IMG/VR virus record: IMGVR_UViG_3300032156_000002
Span: 9,023-73,022 of that record
DNA: 64,000 bases
Direction: 5' to 3' (one strand)
From: a virus
Lineage: Duplodnaviria > Heunggongvirae > Uroviricota > Caudoviricetes
Part shown: positions 62,575 to 64,000 of the stretch, piece after piece
Layout of the letters: the number at the start of each line of letters is the position of its first letter
Position numbering within the stretch: the first letter of the stretch is position 1
The notes under the pieces: generated by a model
What the model was told of the DNA's origin: nothing
The model's database searches: none
What the model saw: the letters and a program-made list of their open reading frames with translations, nothing else
Translations under genes and position numbers: made by a program

Positions 62575-64000
62575 AAACTCTGTCCGGTGCACTCCGCAGG
62601 ATTATCAATCGCGGTGGTCCCGGCTCGGGTCACTATGGCCATCGTGGCCGTCCGGGCCGGGTTGGCGGGAGTCTGGCCGAGGACGGTCTCTCGACAGGCG
62701 AGCCGTCGGCGTGGGCCTCGAAATACAGAACGGGAAGCGGGCCGCTCAATGCGGAGGCGCTTGGCGAGGACGTTCGCCGCGCGGTCGATGAGCGCCCAAG
62801 TCGCGCGACGCATGGGAACACAGGCAAAAACGCATTCTTCCTCGTTGATGGCAAAATCTACTCGTGGGACAAGTGGCAGGAAATACCGAAGGCCGACCTC
62901 CCCCGTGCGGTGCCCGTTCATTCGCACGGCGGCGACAATTGGGAGTGGTTCGTAAAGCAACAGGGACAACTTGAGGACTTCCAACCGCAAAATCCCGCCG
63001 ACATAAAGTTGTGGCTCAAGGGTTTTGCCGCCGGTCACATGGGTCCTATTGCGGCGCTCATCATGCCCGACGGAAGGATGGAGACGCTTGAGATAACCGA
63101 CGCTGTTGACCCTGCGGTGTTCCGCATGAGCATGGCGAAAATAGAGAGCATCATCTATCGAAAGTACCCGGAGAGGTCCGCCTATTACCAAGAACACAAA
63201 TCTGACGCGGACTACCACAACTATAAGCAAGAGGTCGAACTCCTGACGAAGTTCGCACGGGACTACGGGCTACGCTATACCCGGAACCTGCGCTGGCGCG
63301 ACAATCCGACACCCTATTCTTCGCGCGAGATTTTTCTCGAAATGCGTGGCGGCCCCGGCTCAGGTCACTTTGGCCATGCTGGACGACCGGGCGAGGTGGG
63401 CGGGAGTGCGCCGAGCGGAGGATTATCAATCGGTGAGCCGCGCGAGTACGACCCGACTGAGCCGAAATACGGTGTTGAGTTCAAGATGACGGACGACGCC
63501 ATTGGCAGGGCTTGCCGCAAGGGTTGCATTGAGGCGTTGAAAGAGTTTGCCAGCGCCATGCACGCGAGACCGCGCGGCCTGTTGATTACCAATGATGTAG
63601 GATTGTTCTTCGGCGTCTCACCGAACGCCGATGTCGCGCAGAAAATCGAAGGTGGAGCATTCGGGTGCGCCGACGGCCGGAAGATTTGGGTGCAGGACAG
63701 ACTCGATACACAGAAACAGAAAACCTCGTGGATTGAGATGTCCGGCGGCCTCATGCCGGAAGAATTCTCTCCCGGCCACAAGGCGTGGAAGCGAATGGTC
63801 TACCACGAACTGGCCCACATCGCCACGATGTCCGATGTCATGGGCGACATGAGCGGCCTGCAACTCCTGACCGACCCATCCCTAGACCCGGAACCAGCCT
63901 ATAAGGAAGGGGCAGTGAGGCGCTACGGGGATGACATCACCACCATCCAAACCGAATACGTTGCCGACCTCGTTGCGGCCTACGTTGCGAAGGCAAGTGG
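62571..64000 (+). CDS. 3'-truncated polyvalent protein running off the window, with 2 linker motifs and an HExxH zincin-like domain.
   Basis: The frame is open from ATG 62571 to the window end, and is absent from the ORF track because it has no stop. Linkers at about 62610 and 63345. YHELAHI at about 63802. Confidence 0.6.
   Translation, partial: MKTLSGALRRIINRGGPGSGHYGHRGRPGRVGGSLAEDGLSTGEPSAWASKYRTGSGPLNAEALGEDVRRAVDERPSRATHGNTGKNAFFLVDGKIYSWDKWQEIPKADLPRAVPVHSHGGDNWEWFVKQQGQLEDFQPQNPADIKLWLKGFAAGHMGPIAALIMPDGRMETLEITDAVDPAVFRMSMAKIESIIYRKYPERSAYYQEHKSDADYHNYKQEVELLTKFARDYGLRYTRNLRWRDNPTPYSSREIFLEMRGGPGSGHFGHAGRPGEVGGSAPSGGLSIGEPREYDPTEPKYGVEFKMTDDAIGRACRKGCIEALKEFASAMHARPRGLLITNDVGLFFGVSPNADVAQKIEGGAFGCADGRKIWVQDRLDTQKQKTSWIEMSGGLMPEEFSPGHKAWKRMVYHELAHIATMSDVMGDMSGLQLLTDPSLDPEPAYKEGAVRRYGDDITTIQTEYVADLVAAYVAKAS

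Noticed and set aside
1-64000. Search for an integrase, attP site, rRNA or CRISPR-Cas.
   Set aside because: No tyrosine-recombinase, R..H..R..Y or serine-recombinase motifs were seen. There are no rRNA-like conserved stretches and no cas genes. Absence is recorded as a negative observation only.

Overview
This 64 kb window is high-GC double-stranded DNA, about 65-70% GC by eye, and looks like part of a large tailed phage or prophage genome, probably an actinobacteriophage. No rRNA, CRISPR array or integrase is visible.

The left ~12.2 kb is about 27 small leftward-transcribed genes (about 28 left-strand features in all). They include a GIY-YIG/NUMOD3 homing endonuclease, a Pol-beta-type nucleotidyltransferase plus HTH pair, and a SprT-like HExxH protein. 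Several of these genes sit behind copies of a conserved TTGACA...TGGTATAAT promoter.

From 12.75 kb everything runs rightward. The order is:
- an intein-interrupted GDP-mannose 4,6-dehydratase (gmd) followed by four tandem paralogous GT-A glycosyltransferases, with a further GT2 at 33.3 kb;
- two orphan beta-class DNA methyltransferases;
- a HAD 5'-nucleotidase, two calcineurin-like phosphoesterases, an SPFH protein and an internally deleted rtcB remnant;
- many small unassignable ORFs with conserved start-associated junction sequences;
- an unusual class-II tRNA-like gene embedded in a structured non-coding region;
- a packaging block made of a possible small terminase, the large terminase and a portal-MuF fusion;
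- at least five consecutive giant polyvalent proteins joined by a recurring RGGPGSGHFGHxGRPGxVGGS linker motif, the last running off the window. Their domains include a 2H phosphoesterase, HExxH zincins, a RadC-like JAB domain and a zeta/PNK-like kinase.

An AT-rich octamer, GATTATCAA, is massively over-represented and strictly confined to the + strand.

Apart from coordinates taken directly from the ORF track, positions were read by eye and may be off by 1-2 nt.
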